Positions 20,289-31,547 of a stretch of 64,000 bases of DNA are shown here, piece by piece (within the stretch, counting starts at the first letter, position 1; each line of letters begins with the position of its first letter). Under the pieces are notes generated by a model. That model was not told the origin of the DNA. It did no database searches and saw only the letters and a list, made by a program, of their open reading frames with translations. The stretch is from contig OY781089.1 of NCBI GenBank assembly GCA_963676565.1, forward strand, positions 1,312,001 to 1,376,000, in the 5' to 3' direction. The translations under genes and the position numbers were made by a program. Source of the DNA: Halarcobacter sp. (GTDB taxonomy: Bacteria > Campylobacterota > Campylobacteria > Campylobacterales > Arcobacteraceae).

Positions 20289-20777
20289 TTGTATATGAGA
20301 AAGCAAGACATAATTGCAAATAAGTTTAAACGTGAAAACTTAATTAATATAATGGCTACATATCAATTGTATTATCAAATTACCCTTGGTGAGATAATTG
20401 AAAAAAGTAGTTTTGACAAAGAAAAAGTTGCAGATCTTAATTTAGATATTGACCCAGAAAATGTATTAAATACTATGACAGAAGTTATTAATACATTTAG
20501 AAAAGAAGATGATTTTGATTCTATTTTTGAAGATAATATGAAAATAAATGCAATGATTCATGCTTTAAAAGATTTTACATTAAAGTATGAAGAATTAAAT
20601 AAAAAAGAAAACATTTATGATGATTTCTATGAAAAAATCATGAATGATCAATTTTTTACTCTAAGTATGCAAGTATTTTTTTCTGAAGAATTAAAAAGTA
20701 GAATTGATTATTGGAAAAAATTAATTAGTAATGAAACTGCTAAAGAGTTAAAGCAATCGGCTTTAAAAATTATATAA
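20289..20777 (+). CDS. Hypothetical protein (start may be the ATG at 20295)
   Basis: 162-aa ORF continuing the operon; no recognisable motif. Confidence 0.65.
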   Translation: MYMRKQDIIANKFKRENLINIMATYQLYYQITLGEIIEKSSFDKEKVADLNLDIDPENVLNTMTEVINTFRKEDDFDSIFEDNMKINAMIHALKDFTLKYEELNKKENIYDDFYEKIMNDQFFTLSMQVFFSEELKSRIDYWKKLISNETAKELKQSALKII

Positions 20778-20811
20778 AAAAAGGGGCAAGTTTTTCACTC
20801 CTTGCCCCTTT
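20776..20811 (-). terminator. Intrinsic terminator after ackA
   Basis: AAGGGGCAAG/CTTGCCCCTT stem followed by a U-run on the minus strand. Confidence 0.75.
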
Positions 20812-20842
20812 GTCTTTCCCTAGATTAGATATTGAGTAATTT

Positions 20843-22042
20843 CTACTCAAGACCCTTAACGATTTTATAAGTATCGTTTGCAATAACATATTCCTCATTT
20901 GTAGGAATAACGAAGATTCTACCTCTTGAACCATTTGTAGAGATATCTCTAGCATCACCAGATCTTTTATTGTTTTTAACTGGATCAATATTTAATCCCA
21001 TATAATCTAAACCAGCACAAACTTTTTCTCTGATTAATGCAGCATTTTCACCAATACCACCTGTGAAACATAATGCGTCAACACCATCAAGTGCTGCAGC
21101 GTATGCACCAACATAATGTTTGATTTTATAAGCAATCATATCAACAGCTAATCTACATCTGTCGTCACCAGCTTCAGCACCTTCTAATACTTCTCTTAAG
21201 TCTGAAGATTTACCAGAAATACCAACAATACCAGATTTTTTATTTAATACATCAAGCATCTCTTTGATATTCCAACCTTCAGTTTCCATCATATACTGAA
21301 TAGCACCTGCACCAATGTCTCCAGCTCTTGTTCCCATCATTAAACCTTGAACAGGAGTAAGACCCATTGATGTGTCAATACATTTACCATCAAATACAGC
21401 TGAAACAGATGAACCATTTCCTAAGTGACAAACAATAATTCTTGTATTATGTTTTTTATCTAACATTTTTGCTGCTTCATTTGATACGAAGAAGTGTGAT
21501 GTACCATGGAAACCATATTTTCTTACACCATTTTTAGTATATTGCTCATGTGGTAATGCATACATATAAGCATAATCTGGCATAGTTTGGTGGAATGCAG
21601 TGTCAAATACAGCTACATTTGGCTTACCTGGCATTAATTCTTGACAAATTTCCATACCCATAATATTTGCAGGGTTATGTAAAGGAGCAAGTGGAATAAG
21701 TTTTTTCATAGTTTCAATTACTCTATCGCTTACCATAACAGAACCAGCAAACTCTTCTCCCCCGTGAACTGCTCTGTGTCCAATCGCCTCAATATCATCA
21801 ATTGAGTCAATAACTTTACCTTCACCATCAGTTAATGTTTTTAAAACTAATTCAATAGCTTCTTTATGAGTTGGTAAATTTGAATCAACTTTAATTTTTT
21901 GACCATCACCAAATTCATGTTTTAATACACCATCAATACCAATTCTTTCACAAATACCTACTGCTAAAACTTCTTTATTAATTGGATTCATTAATTGATA
22001 TTTTAATGATGAACTTCCCGCGTTTAAAATAAATACTAACAT
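20843..22042 (-). CDS. ackA: Acetate kinase (copy 1)
   Basis: NAGSSSLK, GHRAVHGG, APLHNP, FDTAFH, YGFHGTSH, PTNEE. Confidence 0.96.
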   Translation of the reverse strand: MLVFILNAGSSSLKYQLMNPINKEVLAVGICERIGIDGVLKHEFGDGQKIKVDSNLPTHKEAIELVLKTLTDGEGKVIDSIDDIEAIGHRAVHGGEEFAGSVMVSDRVIETMKKLIPLAPLHNPANIMGMEICQELMPGKPNVAVFDTAFHQTMPDYAYMYALPHEQYTKNGVRKYGFHGTSHFFVSNEAAKMLDKKHNTRIIVCHLGNGSSVSAVFDGKCIDTSMGLTPVQGLMMGTRAGDIGAGAIQYMMETEGWNIKEMLDVLNKKSGIVGISGKSSDLREVLEGAEAGDDRCRLAVDMIAYKIKHYVGAYAAALDGVDALCFTGGIGENAALIREKVCAGLDYMGLNIDPVKNNKRSGDARDISTNGSRGRIFVIPTNEEYVIANDTYKIVKGLE

Positions 22043-22076
22043 ATGTCTTTTCCCTCTTTTAAATTAGTTTTTTTAA

Positions 22077-23069
22077 TTAACATTGTGTTGCAGTAATTGC
22101 AACTAAATTTGAAATGTCTTCAACTGAACAACCTCGTGATAGGTCATTAACAGGTTTATTTAATCCTTGTACAATTGGTCCATGAGCTGCTGCCCCTGCA
22201 AATCTTTGAACTAATTTATACCCAATATTTCCTGATTGTAAATCAGGGAATACTAGTACATTTGCTTTTCCAGCAACTGAAGAATTTGGTGCTTTTTTAG
22301 CTCCAATAGCTTCAACGATAGCAGCATCAGCTTGCATCTCTCCGTCATATGCAAAATCAACTTCTCTATCTTCTAAAATTCCGCAAGCAAATTGTACTTT
22401 ATCAACTAATGGATGTTTTGCACTTCCCATAGTAGAGAATGATAACATTGCTACTCTTGGCTCTAATCCAACAACGCTTTTTGCAGTAGCTGCTGTTGCA
22501 CTTGCAATATCAGCTAATTGTTCCGCATTTGGCTCTGGATTTACTGCACAGTCTGCAAATAAAATTAAACCATTATCACCAAATTTTCCATCTGCAGTTT
22601 CCATAATAAATGTAGATGATACAGTGTTAATACCAGGTGCTGTTTTAATTACTTGAATTGCAGCTCTTAAAACATCTGCAGTTGGTGAATTTGAACCAGC
22701 AACTAAACCATCAGCATCTCCAAGTCTTACCATCATACAACCAAAAAATCTTGGTTCTGTTGTCATGATTTCAGTAGCTTCTTCTTTAGAAAGACCTTTT
22801 TTCTTTCTAAGCTCAACTAATTCATCAATATAAGCATCAATTTTATCAAAAGATTTTGGGTCTATAATAGTAGCACCCTCAATGTTTGCACCGCATGAAG
22901 CAGCATCACTTTTGATTGTTTCTTCATTTCCAATCAAAATAACATTTGCAGTTTTTTCCTCTAGAACAATTTGAGTAGCTTTTAATACTCTTTCGTCCTC
23001 AGATTCTGGAAGAACTATTGTTTTTAGCTCTTTCCTTGCATTCTCTTTTATACTTTCAATTAAACCCAT
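22077..23069 (-). CDS. pta: Phosphate acetyltransferase (short class I)
   Basis: VLPE, ADCAVN, LSFST.GS, FPDLQSGNIGYK, NDLSRG; ATG at 23069 after AAGGA. Confidence 0.96.
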   Translation of the reverse strand: MGLIESIKENARKELKTIVLPESEDERVLKATQIVLEEKTANVILIGNEETIKSDAASCGANIEGATIIDPKSFDKIDAYIDELVELRKKKGLSKEEATEIMTTEPRFFGCMMVRLGDADGLVAGSNSPTADVLRAAIQVIKTAPGINTVSSTFIMETADGKFGDNGLILFADCAVNPEPNAEQLADIASATAATAKSVVGLEPRVAMLSFSTMGSAKHPLVDKVQFACGILEDREVDFAYDGEMQADAAIVEAIGAKKAPNSSVAGKANVLVFPDLQSGNIGYKLVQRFAGAAAHGPIVQGLNKPVNDLSRGCSVEDISNLVAITATQC

Positions 23070-23099
23070 TAAAGCTTCCTTTTTTGTAAAAATCATAAA

Positions 23100-23143
23100 A
23101 TTATATTATTCAAACATAGCAAAAACATAGCATTAGTGTAGCA
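23100..23143 (-). promoter_or_regulatory. pta promoter: TATAAT plus three TAGCA half-sites with 11-bp period
   Basis: TAGCA at 23117, 23128 and 23139; ATTATA at 23100-23105. Confidence 0.7.
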
Positions 23144-23263
23144 TTTTGTAAAAAAAATTGTTCAAAAAAACCTAGTGTGTATCAATATTGTACATATTTG
23201 ATCAACTAGTATAAGTTTTGTATAGTTTTGTTGTGTATATTAGAATTGAGTTTAGTAAAAGGA

Positions 23264-24451
23264 TTAACCTTTTACTAACTCATAAGTGTCATGTGCGATT
23301 ACATATTCTTCATTAGTAGGGATTACATAAATTTTAACTTTTGAGTCATCGCTATTTATTTCTCTAGCTTCCCCTGATCTAATTGCATTTTTTTCATCAT
23401 CAAGTTTTATTCCCATAAATTCAAGATTTTCACAAACTTTTTCTCTAACTAAGTTTGCATTTTCTCCAATACCTGCAGTAAAGCAGATTGCATCAACACC
23501 ACCTAGAATTGCTGCATATGATGCAATATATTTTTTAATTCTATTTGTCATCATTTCAATTGTAATAATAGCTCTTTCATTACCTTCTTCTGCTTCTTCA
23601 ATAACCTCTCTTAAGTCTGAACTAATCCCAGATACTCCTAAAAGACCTGATTTTTTATTTAAGTAGTTATTAACTTCATCTCCACTCATCCCTTTCTTTT
23701 CCATTAAGAAAGTTACAACAGTAGGGTCTAAATCACCAGATCTAGTACCCATTATTAAACCTTCCAGTGGAGTAAGTCCCATTGAAGTTTCAACTGATTT
23801 ACCATCTTTAATAGCACAAACAGATGAACCATTTCCTAAATGGCAAACGATAATTTTAGACTCTTCTTTATTTAATAGTTTTTGTGCTTCATTTGAAACA
23901 TAATAGTGAGAAGTTCCATGGAAACCATATTTTCTTATTCCAAAATTTTCATAATCTTCATATGGTATTGCATACATAAAAGAACTAGCAGGCATAGTTT
24001 GGTGAAATGCAGTGTCAAATACAGCAACATTTGGTTTTGTTGGCATTAATTCTCTTGTTATTTTCATACCCATGATATTTGCAGGATTATGTAATGGTGC
24101 TAAGGGAATAATAGATTCAAGTTTTGCAATAACATCTTCATCAACTATTACTGATCTATCAAAAAACTCTCCACCATGAACAACTCTATGTCCAATTGCT
24201 TGAATATCATCTATTGAGTCAATTACTTTATCTTCACCATGGGTTAATATATTTATTACATTTAAAATTGCTTCTTTATGTGATGGCATATTATGATCAG
24301 TCTTTGTTTTATGGCCATTTGCTATGTGAACTATTTTACCATCGATACCAATTCTTTCACAAAGTCCAGTTGCTTTTACCTCTGCAGTTTGTGGATTCAT
24401 TAGTTGATATTTTAGGGAAGAACTACCCGAGTTAAGTACTAAAACTAACAT
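23264..24451 (-). CDS. ackA: Acetate kinase (copy 2; acetate/propionate family)
   Basis: NSGSSSLK, GHRVVHGG, YGFHGTSH, PTNEE. Confidence 0.94.
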   Translation of the reverse strand: MLVLVLNSGSSSLKYQLMNPQTAEVKATGLCERIGIDGKIVHIANGHKTKTDHNMPSHKEAILNVINILTHGEDKVIDSIDDIQAIGHRVVHGGEFFDRSVIVDEDVIAKLESIIPLAPLHNPANIMGMKITRELMPTKPNVAVFDTAFHQTMPASSFMYAIPYEDYENFGIRKYGFHGTSHYYVSNEAQKLLNKEESKIIVCHLGNGSSVCAIKDGKSVETSMGLTPLEGLIMGTRSGDLDPTVVTFLMEKKGMSGDEVNNYLNKKSGLLGVSGISSDLREVIEEAEEGNERAIITIEMMTNRIKKYIASYAAILGGVDAICFTAGIGENANLVREKVCENLEFMGIKLDDEKNAIRSGEAREINSDDSKVKIYVIPTNEEYVIAHDTYELVKG

Positions 24452-24523
24452 TTCTCTACCTTTAAAAAAATTTGGAATTATTATAACACAGGGATACTAA
24501 ATTAATATATTAGTCTAAAATTT

Positions 24524-25144
24524 TTATTTAATTTTAACTTTGGGTTGATTTTTTAGTTTTAGGAACATAAGGGCAGTCATAGTTGCATCATTATAAGCAT
24601 CATGTTTACCCATAATTGGAATTTTTAAGTCATTCATTATAGTATCAAATCTCAGGTCGATATTACTTTGAGGAATCATCTCTATTTTATAGTCATGGTA
24701 TATAGCTGAAACTTCATATGTTTTGTTCGGTAGTTTTATTCCTAATTTGGGTTTAATATATTTATTAATCATAGCAATGTCAAATTCTAAATAGTATCCA
24801 ACTAATTTCCTATTTCCTATAAACTCTAAAAAGTCTTCTATCACTTTATCAATCTCTTCAGCATTTTCTAAATCTATTTCTCTGATATGATGAACTTTAA
24901 TTGCTTCGATTTGAAGTCTTGTTTTTGGTTTAACAAATCTAACAAATTTTTTACTTGCTACTATTGTATTATCTTTAATTATTACTGCTCCAATAGATAT
25001 AATATCATCCTCTTTAGGATTTAAACCTGTTGTTTCACAATCAAAACAAACATACTCATTTTCCACTGGTTTGTCAAAAAGATATTCATATTTTAAATCT
25101 TTTAGATTTTTTTTATTAAAATGATTTTTGATTTTATTAAACAT
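24524..25144 (-). CDS. DEDDh 3'-5' exonuclease (DnaQ-like), copy 1
   Basis: DCETTG, YLEFDI, HDAYND. Confidence 0.9.
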   Translation of the reverse strand: MFNKIKNHFNKKNLKDLKYEYLFDKPVENEYVCFDCETTGLNPKEDDIISIGAVIIKDNTIVASKKFVRFVKPKTRLQIEAIKVHHIREIDLENAEEIDKVIEDFLEFIGNRKLVGYYLEFDIAMINKYIKPKLGIKLPNKTYEVSAIYHDYKIEMIPQSNIDLRFDTIMNDLKIPIMGKHDAYNDATMTALMFLKLKNQPKVKIK

Positions 25145-26978
25145 AATTCAACTTATAATGCATTTCTAGTTTTTTCTTTAATTTATTTACAATTTTAAAA
25201 CTATCTTTTAAAAGATCTTTTTCCATTGTTGTTAAATTATCAGGATTAATAAAGTTATCTATTTTTTCTCCACTATCAAGTTTTTGTAAATTTGATTTTA
25301 ATTTAATTGTTAGAAAAAAGTTAAATGCTTGACTAAGTTCTGAAGCGAATTCATCATCTAAAACATTTAGTTTATTTAACTCTTTTATTCTTTTCTGGGT
25401 ACTTGACCTTAAGATTTTATTTTCTAAAGATAAACTTCTAATACTTTGAACTAGTATAAAGATTCCACCTTTTTTTATATCAATTTCATTTTTATGCTCT
25501 TTATCATCTGAGTTAAAAACAAAACCATCAAAAAAACCTAAAGGAACATCAAAATCCATAATGATTTTTGCAAAATGCATATAAAATGTTTTTGATGTAG
25601 AGCCTATTTTAAATAGGTATTCTTTTAGATTATCCAATAAGGTTCTGTCATCTGTTACAGCTAATGCATCATAAAAAATTGCAAGGTTCATAAAATTATC
25701 ACCACTTGGTTTCATAATCCATTCATAAATTAAATCTTTAAAATCTTTTTCTCTTCTACACCAATATGGATTTGAAACCATAATATTACCTTCACATCTA
25801 GGAAAACCAAAATCAACTAAATGTTCAGTATACTCATGGGTATATTTTAAAATATCTTCATCACTTAAACTACAATCATCAGAAATAATAAGTGCATTAT
25901 CTTGGTCAGTTTTTAAAATCTGCTCACCTCTACCTTCACTTCCCATTACTACTAAACAAGCTTTATCTTTTAGTCCATCAGGTGCAGTGATTTTAAAAAG
26001 TTTATTCATCATTTTTCTATTTAATTGATTAATTAATTTAGAAATAAATTCTACTTTTACCCCTTTTGCATTTAAAGATTTAATAATTTTAATAAATGAC
26101 TTAGAAGCATTTTTTAACTCTTCAATAGTTTCAGCTTTGTCAATTTCATTTGATACAGAAAATGTATGTGTAGCAAAAAATGATGATAAGGAGATTTGGT
26201 CAATTATTCCAACAATCTCATCATTATTGTTAACAACAACCAATCTTTTTAATCCATGTTGAGACATTATTAATTGGGCATTAAATAAAAAGTCATTTTC
26301 ATTTACATATTTAATTCCTGAGTTTGAAATCTTACCTACTATCTCATCAAAATCCATTCTGTTTAATATCACTTTTTCTCTAAAATCTGAATCAGTAACA
26401 ATATGAATTTGTCCTCCATTGTCTCTTAAAAGTAGAGTAGGGACTTTTTCTTTTTTTATGGTTTTAACAGCTTCAAAAATTGAAGTTTCAAAGGGAACTA
26501 TTACTGCTCTGTGAAGATTTGCATCTTTAACCTTTGCAACCATAATATTTGCAAGTTCTTTATTTTTTTCATAATTAATGTTTGCATTCAACTTTTGTGA
26601 AATAGACTGGAAGAAAAAACTCTCTAAAGCTCTATTTTTTCTAAGGGTTTTAATAAAAATATCTTTTGGCAAAGAGTAACAAATAGTTTCTTGTGCTGTT
26701 ACGAAACTATTTTTTGAGAAGTCTTCAATTAATGAAATAGGGTCAAAAAACTCTTTATTTGAATATATTGAGATAACTTCATCTTCATAAAGTTCTTGAA
26801 CTAAACCTTTTATAATAAAGTATAAATTTTTAGGCTCCTCTTTTTCTTTTTGAAGAACTTCACCTTTTTTTAAATATATAATATCTATATTGTTTGAAAA
26901 CTCTTCTAGTTCAGCTTTTGTTAGGTTTTCAAAAGGGTGTATCCCTTTTATAAAATTACTTTGTTCATGTATACTCAT
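25137..26978 (-). CDS. cNMP-binding + CBS + DUF294 putative nucleotidyltransferase, copy 1
   Basis: GSEGRGEQ...TDQDNA; GFPRCEGNIMVSNPYW; DIKKGG. Confidence 0.9.
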   Translation of the reverse strand: MSIHEQSNFIKGIHPFENLTKAELEEFSNNIDIIYLKKGEVLQKEKEEPKNLYFIIKGLVQELYEDEVISIYSNKEFFDPISLIEDFSKNSFVTAQETICYSLPKDIFIKTLRKNRALESFFFQSISQKLNANINYEKNKELANIMVAKVKDANLHRAVIVPFETSIFEAVKTIKKEKVPTLLLRDNGGQIHIVTDSDFREKVILNRMDFDEIVGKISNSGIKYVNENDFLFNAQLIMSQHGLKRLVVVNNNDEIVGIIDQISLSSFFATHTFSVSNEIDKAETIEELKNASKSFIKIIKSLNAKGVKVEFISKLINQLNRKMMNKLFKITAPDGLKDKACLVVMGSEGRGEQILKTDQDNALIISDDCSLSDEDILKYTHEYTEHLVDFGFPRCEGNIMVSNPYWCRREKDFKDLIYEWIMKPSGDNFMNLAIFYDALAVTDDRTLLDNLKEYLFKIGSTSKTFYMHFAKIIMDFDVPLGFFDGFVFNSDDKEHKNEIDIKKGGIFILVQSIRSLSLENKILRSSTQKRIKELNKLNVLDDEFASELSQAFNFFLTIKLKSNLQKLDSGEKIDNFINPDNLTTMEKDLLKDSFKIVNKLKKKLEMHYKLNYV

Positions 26979-27047
26979 ACTGACTCTTTTTATGTAGATG
27001 ATAAATTTTAACAGATTATTTATAAAATTTTATTATTTTTTAGTTTC

Positions 27048-27072
27048 ACTAAAGGGCCAAAAACCCTTTAGT
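27048..27072 (-). terminator. Hairpin after actP copy 1
   Basis: ACTAAAGGG/CCCTTTAGT stem. Confidence 0.55.
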
Positions 27073-27108
27073 ATTTGAAGTTTTTAGTAAAAGTACTAAA
27101 ATTTAAGT

Positions 27109-28755
27109 TTAGTGGTCAACCGCTCCTGCTGAACCAATACCTGTATTTGCTCTAACATTTTGAGCTCTAAATAATTCTTTTTCTGCTTTTCCTCTTTCAC
27201 TTGCATCAATTTTAGAGAAGAACCAAATTGAAACAAATGCAACAGTTACAGAGAATAAAGCAGGGTGTTTATAAGGGAATAATGCTTCAGCATTTCCTAA
27301 AATTTGTACCCAAACAATTGGCCCAATAATTACAAGTGTAACTGCAGTTAATAAACCACATAATCCACCTAAGAATGCACCTCTAGTTGTTAAACCTCTC
27401 CAATAAATTGATAAGAAAAGAATTGGGAAGTTTGCAGATGCTGCAATACCAAATGCTAATCCAACCATATATGCAATATTTTGTTGTTCAAAGGCAATTC
27501 CAAGTGTAACTCCAACAATACCAACAACAACAACTGTAAATCTAGAGATTTTAACAACTTGCTCATCAGTAGCATTTGGATTAATTACATTTGAATAAAG
27601 GTCATGGGCAATAGCTGATGAACCAGCTAATGTAAGACCAGATACAACTGCTAAAATTGTAGCAAATGCAACTGCTGAAATAAATCCTAAGAATGCATTT
27701 CCACCTAACATATGTGATAAGTGAATTGAAGCCATATTGTTTCCACCAAATAGTTTACCATCTGTGAAATATTGAGCACCATCTGCACTATTTAAAAATG
27801 CAATTGCACCAAATCCAACGATTGTAATAATAACCCAGAAATAACCAACAAAACCTGTTGCATAAACAACAGATTTTCTAGCTTCTTTTGCATTTCCTAC
27901 TGTAAAGAATCTCATAAGAACGTGAGGTAAACCGGCTGTTCCTAACATTAAAGCCATACCAAGTGAGATTGCTGAAATAGGATCAGAAATAAAACCACCA
28001 GGTGCTAAAATAGATTCACCAGCTTTGTGGTTTTCAGTAGCTTTAACTGCTAAAGATTCAAAAGAAAACCCAAAGTGATATAAAACCATGATTGCCATGA
28101 AAGAAACACCAGTTAATAGTAAACATGCTTTGATAATTTGAACCCAAGTAGTTGCAAGCATACCACCAAAAGTTACATAAATAATCATCATTACACCAAC
28201 TAAGATAACTGCATATTCATACTCAAGTCCAAATAAAACTTGGATAAGTTTTCCAGCCCCAACCATTTGTGCAATAAGATATAAAACAACAACAGATAGC
28301 GTACCAAATGCAGCAAGTGTCCTAATCTCTTTTTGACCTAGTCTATAAGCTGCAATATCTGCAAATGTAAATTTACCTAAGTTTCTTAATTTTTCAGCCA
28401 TAAAGAAAAGAATAATTGGCCATCCTACTAAGAAAGAAACAGCATAGATTACTCCATCATAACCTTTTAAATAAATTAAACCTGAAACACCAAGGAATGC
28501 AGCAGCTGACATATAATCCCCTGCAATTGCTAAACCATTTTGGAATCCTGTAATTCCTCCACCAGCAGTATAAAAGTCAGATGCTGATTTTGTTTTTCTT
28601 GCTGCCCAAACAGTTAAACCTAAAGTAAAAACAATAAATGCAAAGAACATAACAATCGCAGGAATATTAAGTTCTCTTTTTGTTGCCTCAAATGTTGCAT
28701 CTCCCGCTGCAAATGCACTTAGTGCAACAATAAAAATTAGTGCTAATATTCTCAT
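27109..28755 (-). CDS. actP: Cation/acetate symporter (SSS family), copy 1
   Basis: [39 protein letters not shown]. Confidence 0.92.
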   Translation of the reverse strand: MRILALIFIVALSAFAAGDATFEATKRELNIPAIVMFFAFIVFTLGLTVWAARKTKSASDFYTAGGGITGFQNGLAIAGDYMSAAAFLGVSGLIYLKGYDGVIYAVSFLVGWPIILFFMAEKLRNLGKFTFADIAAYRLGQKEIRTLAAFGTLSVVVLYLIAQMVGAGKLIQVLFGLEYEYAVILVGVMMIIYVTFGGMLATTWVQIIKACLLLTGVSFMAIMVLYHFGFSFESLAVKATENHKAGESILAPGGFISDPISAISLGMALMLGTAGLPHVLMRFFTVGNAKEARKSVVYATGFVGYFWVIITIVGFGAIAFLNSADGAQYFTDGKLFGGNNMASIHLSHMLGGNAFLGFISAVAFATILAVVSGLTLAGSSAIAHDLYSNVINPNATDEQVVKISRFTVVVVGIVGVTLGIAFEQQNIAYMVGLAFGIAASANFPILFLSIYWRGLTTRGAFLGGLCGLLTAVTLVIIGPIVWVQILGNAEALFPYKHPALFSVTVAFVSIWFFSKIDASERGKAEKELFRAQNVRANTGIGSAGAVDH

Positions 28756-29069
28756 TATATTAGATCCTTTACATCTTCTTTAATCTCATTATTTAAGTCT
28801 TCAAACTCACCATTTGCTCTTTTAACATAAATTAGTGTTGTTAAAAAGCTAATAATTAAGATTGCAAGTGCAATAGGAAATGCTATTGTAGTAACACCTT
28901 CACCAATTTTTGTAGCTAATATTTCTTTGTTAAATGCAATTGTTAAAATATATGCATAAAACATAACAAGTACAAAAATACCTAACTTAATTCCAAAGCT
29001 ATTTTTCTTTGAAACAAGCTCTTGATACTTAGGATTGTTTTCAATCCTTTCAACTAGTTCATCCTTCAT
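28755..29069 (-). CDS. DUF485 (YjcH-like) small membrane partner of ActP
   Basis: [18 protein letters not shown]; 2 TM; directly upstream of actP. Confidence 0.88.
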   Translation of the reverse strand: MKDELVERIENNPKYQELVSKKNSFGIKLGIFVLVMFYAYILTIAFNKEILATKIGEGVTTIAFPIALAILIISFLTTLIYVKRANGEFEDLNNEIKEDVKDLI

Positions 29070-29133
29070 CTTTTCCCCTTCTATCTCTTATGTTTTCACG
29101 CCATAAGAGAACTTTTTTGATGATGTAAGTCAA

Positions 29134-29176
29134 AATATAAGCTATTTTTCTGCGACTCTATAGCACAGAAATAGCA
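29134..29176 (-). promoter_or_regulatory. Promoter with TAGCA-N6-TAGCA box
   Basis: TAGCA at 29161 and 29172; -10-like TATATT at 29134-29139 (minus). Confidence 0.6.
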
Positions 29177-29326
29177 AATTAGACAAAGTATTATTACATA
29201 AAAAATTGGTTAATGAACAAAAATTATACTAAATATGTAAAAAAGATGTAAAAGATGTAGAAAAGTAACAAGTAATAATATTTATAAGTAGCCCTAATAA
29301 TGGGGCTTTGTGAGCATTTTTTGTTC

Positions 29327-29350
29327 AAAGAGGGTAAGCGTACCCTCTTT
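29327..29350 (-). terminator. Hairpin after actP copy 2
   Basis: AAAGAGGGTA-agcg-TACCCTCTTT. Confidence 0.65.
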
Positions 29351-29379
29351 TATGTACAATAATTGTACAAAATGTATTT

Positions 29380-31029
29380 TTAATGGTCAACTGCTCCAGC
29401 AGCTCCAAAACCAGTTTCCGCTCTAATGTTTTGAGCTTCAAATGCTTTTTTCTCATCTTTTGCTCTTTGTGAATTATCAGTTTTAGAAAAGAACCAAATA
29501 CCAATAAATGCAACAGTTACAGAGAAAAGTGCAGGGTGTTTATATGGAAATAAAGCTTGCTCATTTCCTAAGATTTGAACCCATACAATTGGTCCAATAA
29601 TTACAAGAACTACAGCTGTAATAAGACCTAATAAACCACCTATGAAAGCACCTCTTGTTGTTAAACCTCTCCAATAAATTGATAAGAAAAGAATTGGAAA
29701 GTTTGCAGATGCAGCAATTGCAAAGGCAAGACCAACCATAAATGCAATGTTTTGTTGTTCAAAGGCAATACCTAAAATAACTCCAATAATACCAATAACA
29801 ATTACGGCATATTTAGAGATTTTAATCTCTTGTTCTTCTGTACAATCTGGATTAATAACTGATGCATAAAGGTCATGTGAAATTGCCGATGCTCCAGCTA
29901 ATGTAAGACCAGAAACAACTGCTAAAATTGTAGCAAAGGCAACAGCTGAAATAAATCCTAAGAAAATATTTCCCCCAACAACATGTGATAAGTGAATAGC
30001 AGCCATGTTATTTCCACCAAATAGTTTTCCATCTACAAAATATTGAGCTCCTGCATCAGAATTTAAAAATACAATTGCACCTAAACCAATTACTGCAATT
30101 ACTAAATAAAAATATCCAATAAACCCAGTAGCATAAACAACAGATTTTCTAGCTTCTTTTGCATTTCCTACTGTAAAGAATCTCATAAGTACATGTGGTA
30201 AACCTGCTGTTCCAAGCATTAATGCTAGTCCTAAAGATATAGCAGAAACAGGATCTGAAATGAATCCACCAGGTGCCATAATATCTTGCCCTAATTCATG
30301 TGTTTCAACAGCTTTTGTTGCAAGTGCTTCAAAGCTAAATCCAAAATGACTTAATACCATGAATCCCATAAATGTTACCCCTGAAAGAAGTAAAACTGCT
30401 TTGATAATCTGAACCCAAGTAGTTGCAAGCATACCACCAAAAGTTACATAAACAATCATCATAATACCAACTAAGATAACAGCATATTCATATTCTAAAC
30501 CAAATAATACTTGAATAAGTTTTCCAGATCCAACCATTTGTGCAATTAGATATAAAGTTACAACTGCTAAAGAACCAAGTGCTGCTAACGTTCTAATCTC
30601 TTTTTGAGCAAGTCTATAAGCTGCAATATCAGCAAAAGTAAATTTACCTAAGTTTCTTAATTTTTCAGCCATTAAGAATAAAATTACAGGCCATCCAACT
30701 AAAAATCCAACTGCATAAACTAAACCATCATAACCTTTTAAATAAACAAGTCCTGAAAGTCCTAAGAATGAAGCCGCTGACATATAATCCCCAGCAATAG
30801 CCATACCATTTTGGAACCCACTAATTCCTCCACCAGCTGTATAGAAATCACTAGCAGATTTTGTTCTTTTAGCAGCCCAATAAGTAATACCTAATGTACC
30901 ACCAACAAAAATAAAGAACATAATAATTGCAGGGATATTAAGCTCTCTTTTTGTTGCTTCAAAAGAAGCATCACCTGCTGCAAATAGTGCAACAGAAAAT
31001 ATTGAAATAAGTGTTATTAATCTTATCAT
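29380..31029 (-). CDS. actP: Cation/acetate symporter, copy 2
   Basis: Same ActP motifs; close paralogue of 27109..28755. Confidence 0.92.
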   Translation of the reverse strand: MIRLITLISIFSVALFAAGDASFEATKRELNIPAIIMFFIFVGGTLGITYWAAKRTKSASDFYTAGGGISGFQNGMAIAGDYMSAASFLGLSGLVYLKGYDGLVYAVGFLVGWPVILFLMAEKLRNLGKFTFADIAAYRLAQKEIRTLAALGSLAVVTLYLIAQMVGSGKLIQVLFGLEYEYAVILVGIMMIVYVTFGGMLATTWVQIIKAVLLLSGVTFMGFMVLSHFGFSFEALATKAVETHELGQDIMAPGGFISDPVSAISLGLALMLGTAGLPHVLMRFFTVGNAKEARKSVVYATGFIGYFYLVIAVIGLGAIVFLNSDAGAQYFVDGKLFGGNNMAAIHLSHVVGGNIFLGFISAVAFATILAVVSGLTLAGASAISHDLYASVINPDCTEEQEIKISKYAVIVIGIIGVILGIAFEQQNIAFMVGLAFAIAASANFPILFLSIYWRGLTTRGAFIGGLLGLITAVVLVIIGPIVWVQILGNEQALFPYKHPALFSVTVAFIGIWFFSKTDNSQRAKDEKKAFEAQNIRAETGFGAAGAVDH

Positions 31030-31343
31030 TATAATTCGCCCTTTACATCATTTCTTACTTTTTCTGTTAATTCTTCAAACTCACCGTTTGCTCTTCTTAC
31101 ATAAATAAGTGTAGTAATGAAACTAATTACAATAATAGCCGCTGCTATTGGAAAAGCAATTGTCATAACACCATCACCTGTTTTCATACCTAAAATGCTA
31201 GGTTCAAATGCAATAGTTAAAATAAATGCATAAAACATAACAAGTACAAAAATACCAAGTTTTACTGCAAAGCCAGTTCTCTTTTTTACTAATTCCTGAT
31301 AATTAGGATTAGCTTTAATTTTTTCAACCAATTGGTCATTCAT
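31029..31343 (-). CDS. DUF485 (YjcH-like) small membrane protein
   Basis: [18 protein letters not shown]. Confidence 0.88.
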   Translation of the reverse strand: MNDQLVEKIKANPNYQELVKKRTGFAVKLGIFVLVMFYAFILTIAFEPSILGMKTGDGVMTIAFPIAAAIIVISFITTLIYVRRANGEFEELTEKVRNDVKGEL

Positions 31344-31373
31344 ATACGCCCCTCTTTTAATAAATTTTCACCC

Positions 31374-31404
31374 ACTTTAATACAAACGTAGCATTAAAGT
31401 AGCA
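31374..31404 (-). promoter_or_regulatory. Promoter with TAGCA-N6-TAGCA box
   Basis: TAGCA at 31389 and 31400; -10-like TAAAGT at 31374-31379 (minus). Confidence 0.65.
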
Positions 31405-31518
31405 CCTAGAAAACATTTTTGATTATAACAGCAATTAGTTTTGTTTATAGTGAAAACGAATAGTTATTCATTAAATAATAAGTGAGATTTTTTCATAAAG
31501 TAACAGTTAAAGGAAAAA

Positions 31519-31534
31519 TGCTACGTTAATGCTA
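31519..31534. promoter_or_regulatory. Inverted copy of the same box (TGCTA-N6-TGCTA)
   Basis: TGCTA at 31519 and 31530. Confidence 0.55.
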
Positions 31535-31547
31535 TTTTTCCCTATTT

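Noticed and set aside
24524..25144. Exonucleases as dnaQ or as anti-phage nucleases, and DUF294 as a CBASS cyclase
   Set aside because: Context (CBS/cNMP domains, actP linkage, no effector genes) fits the known transporter-associated pair rather than replication or defence.
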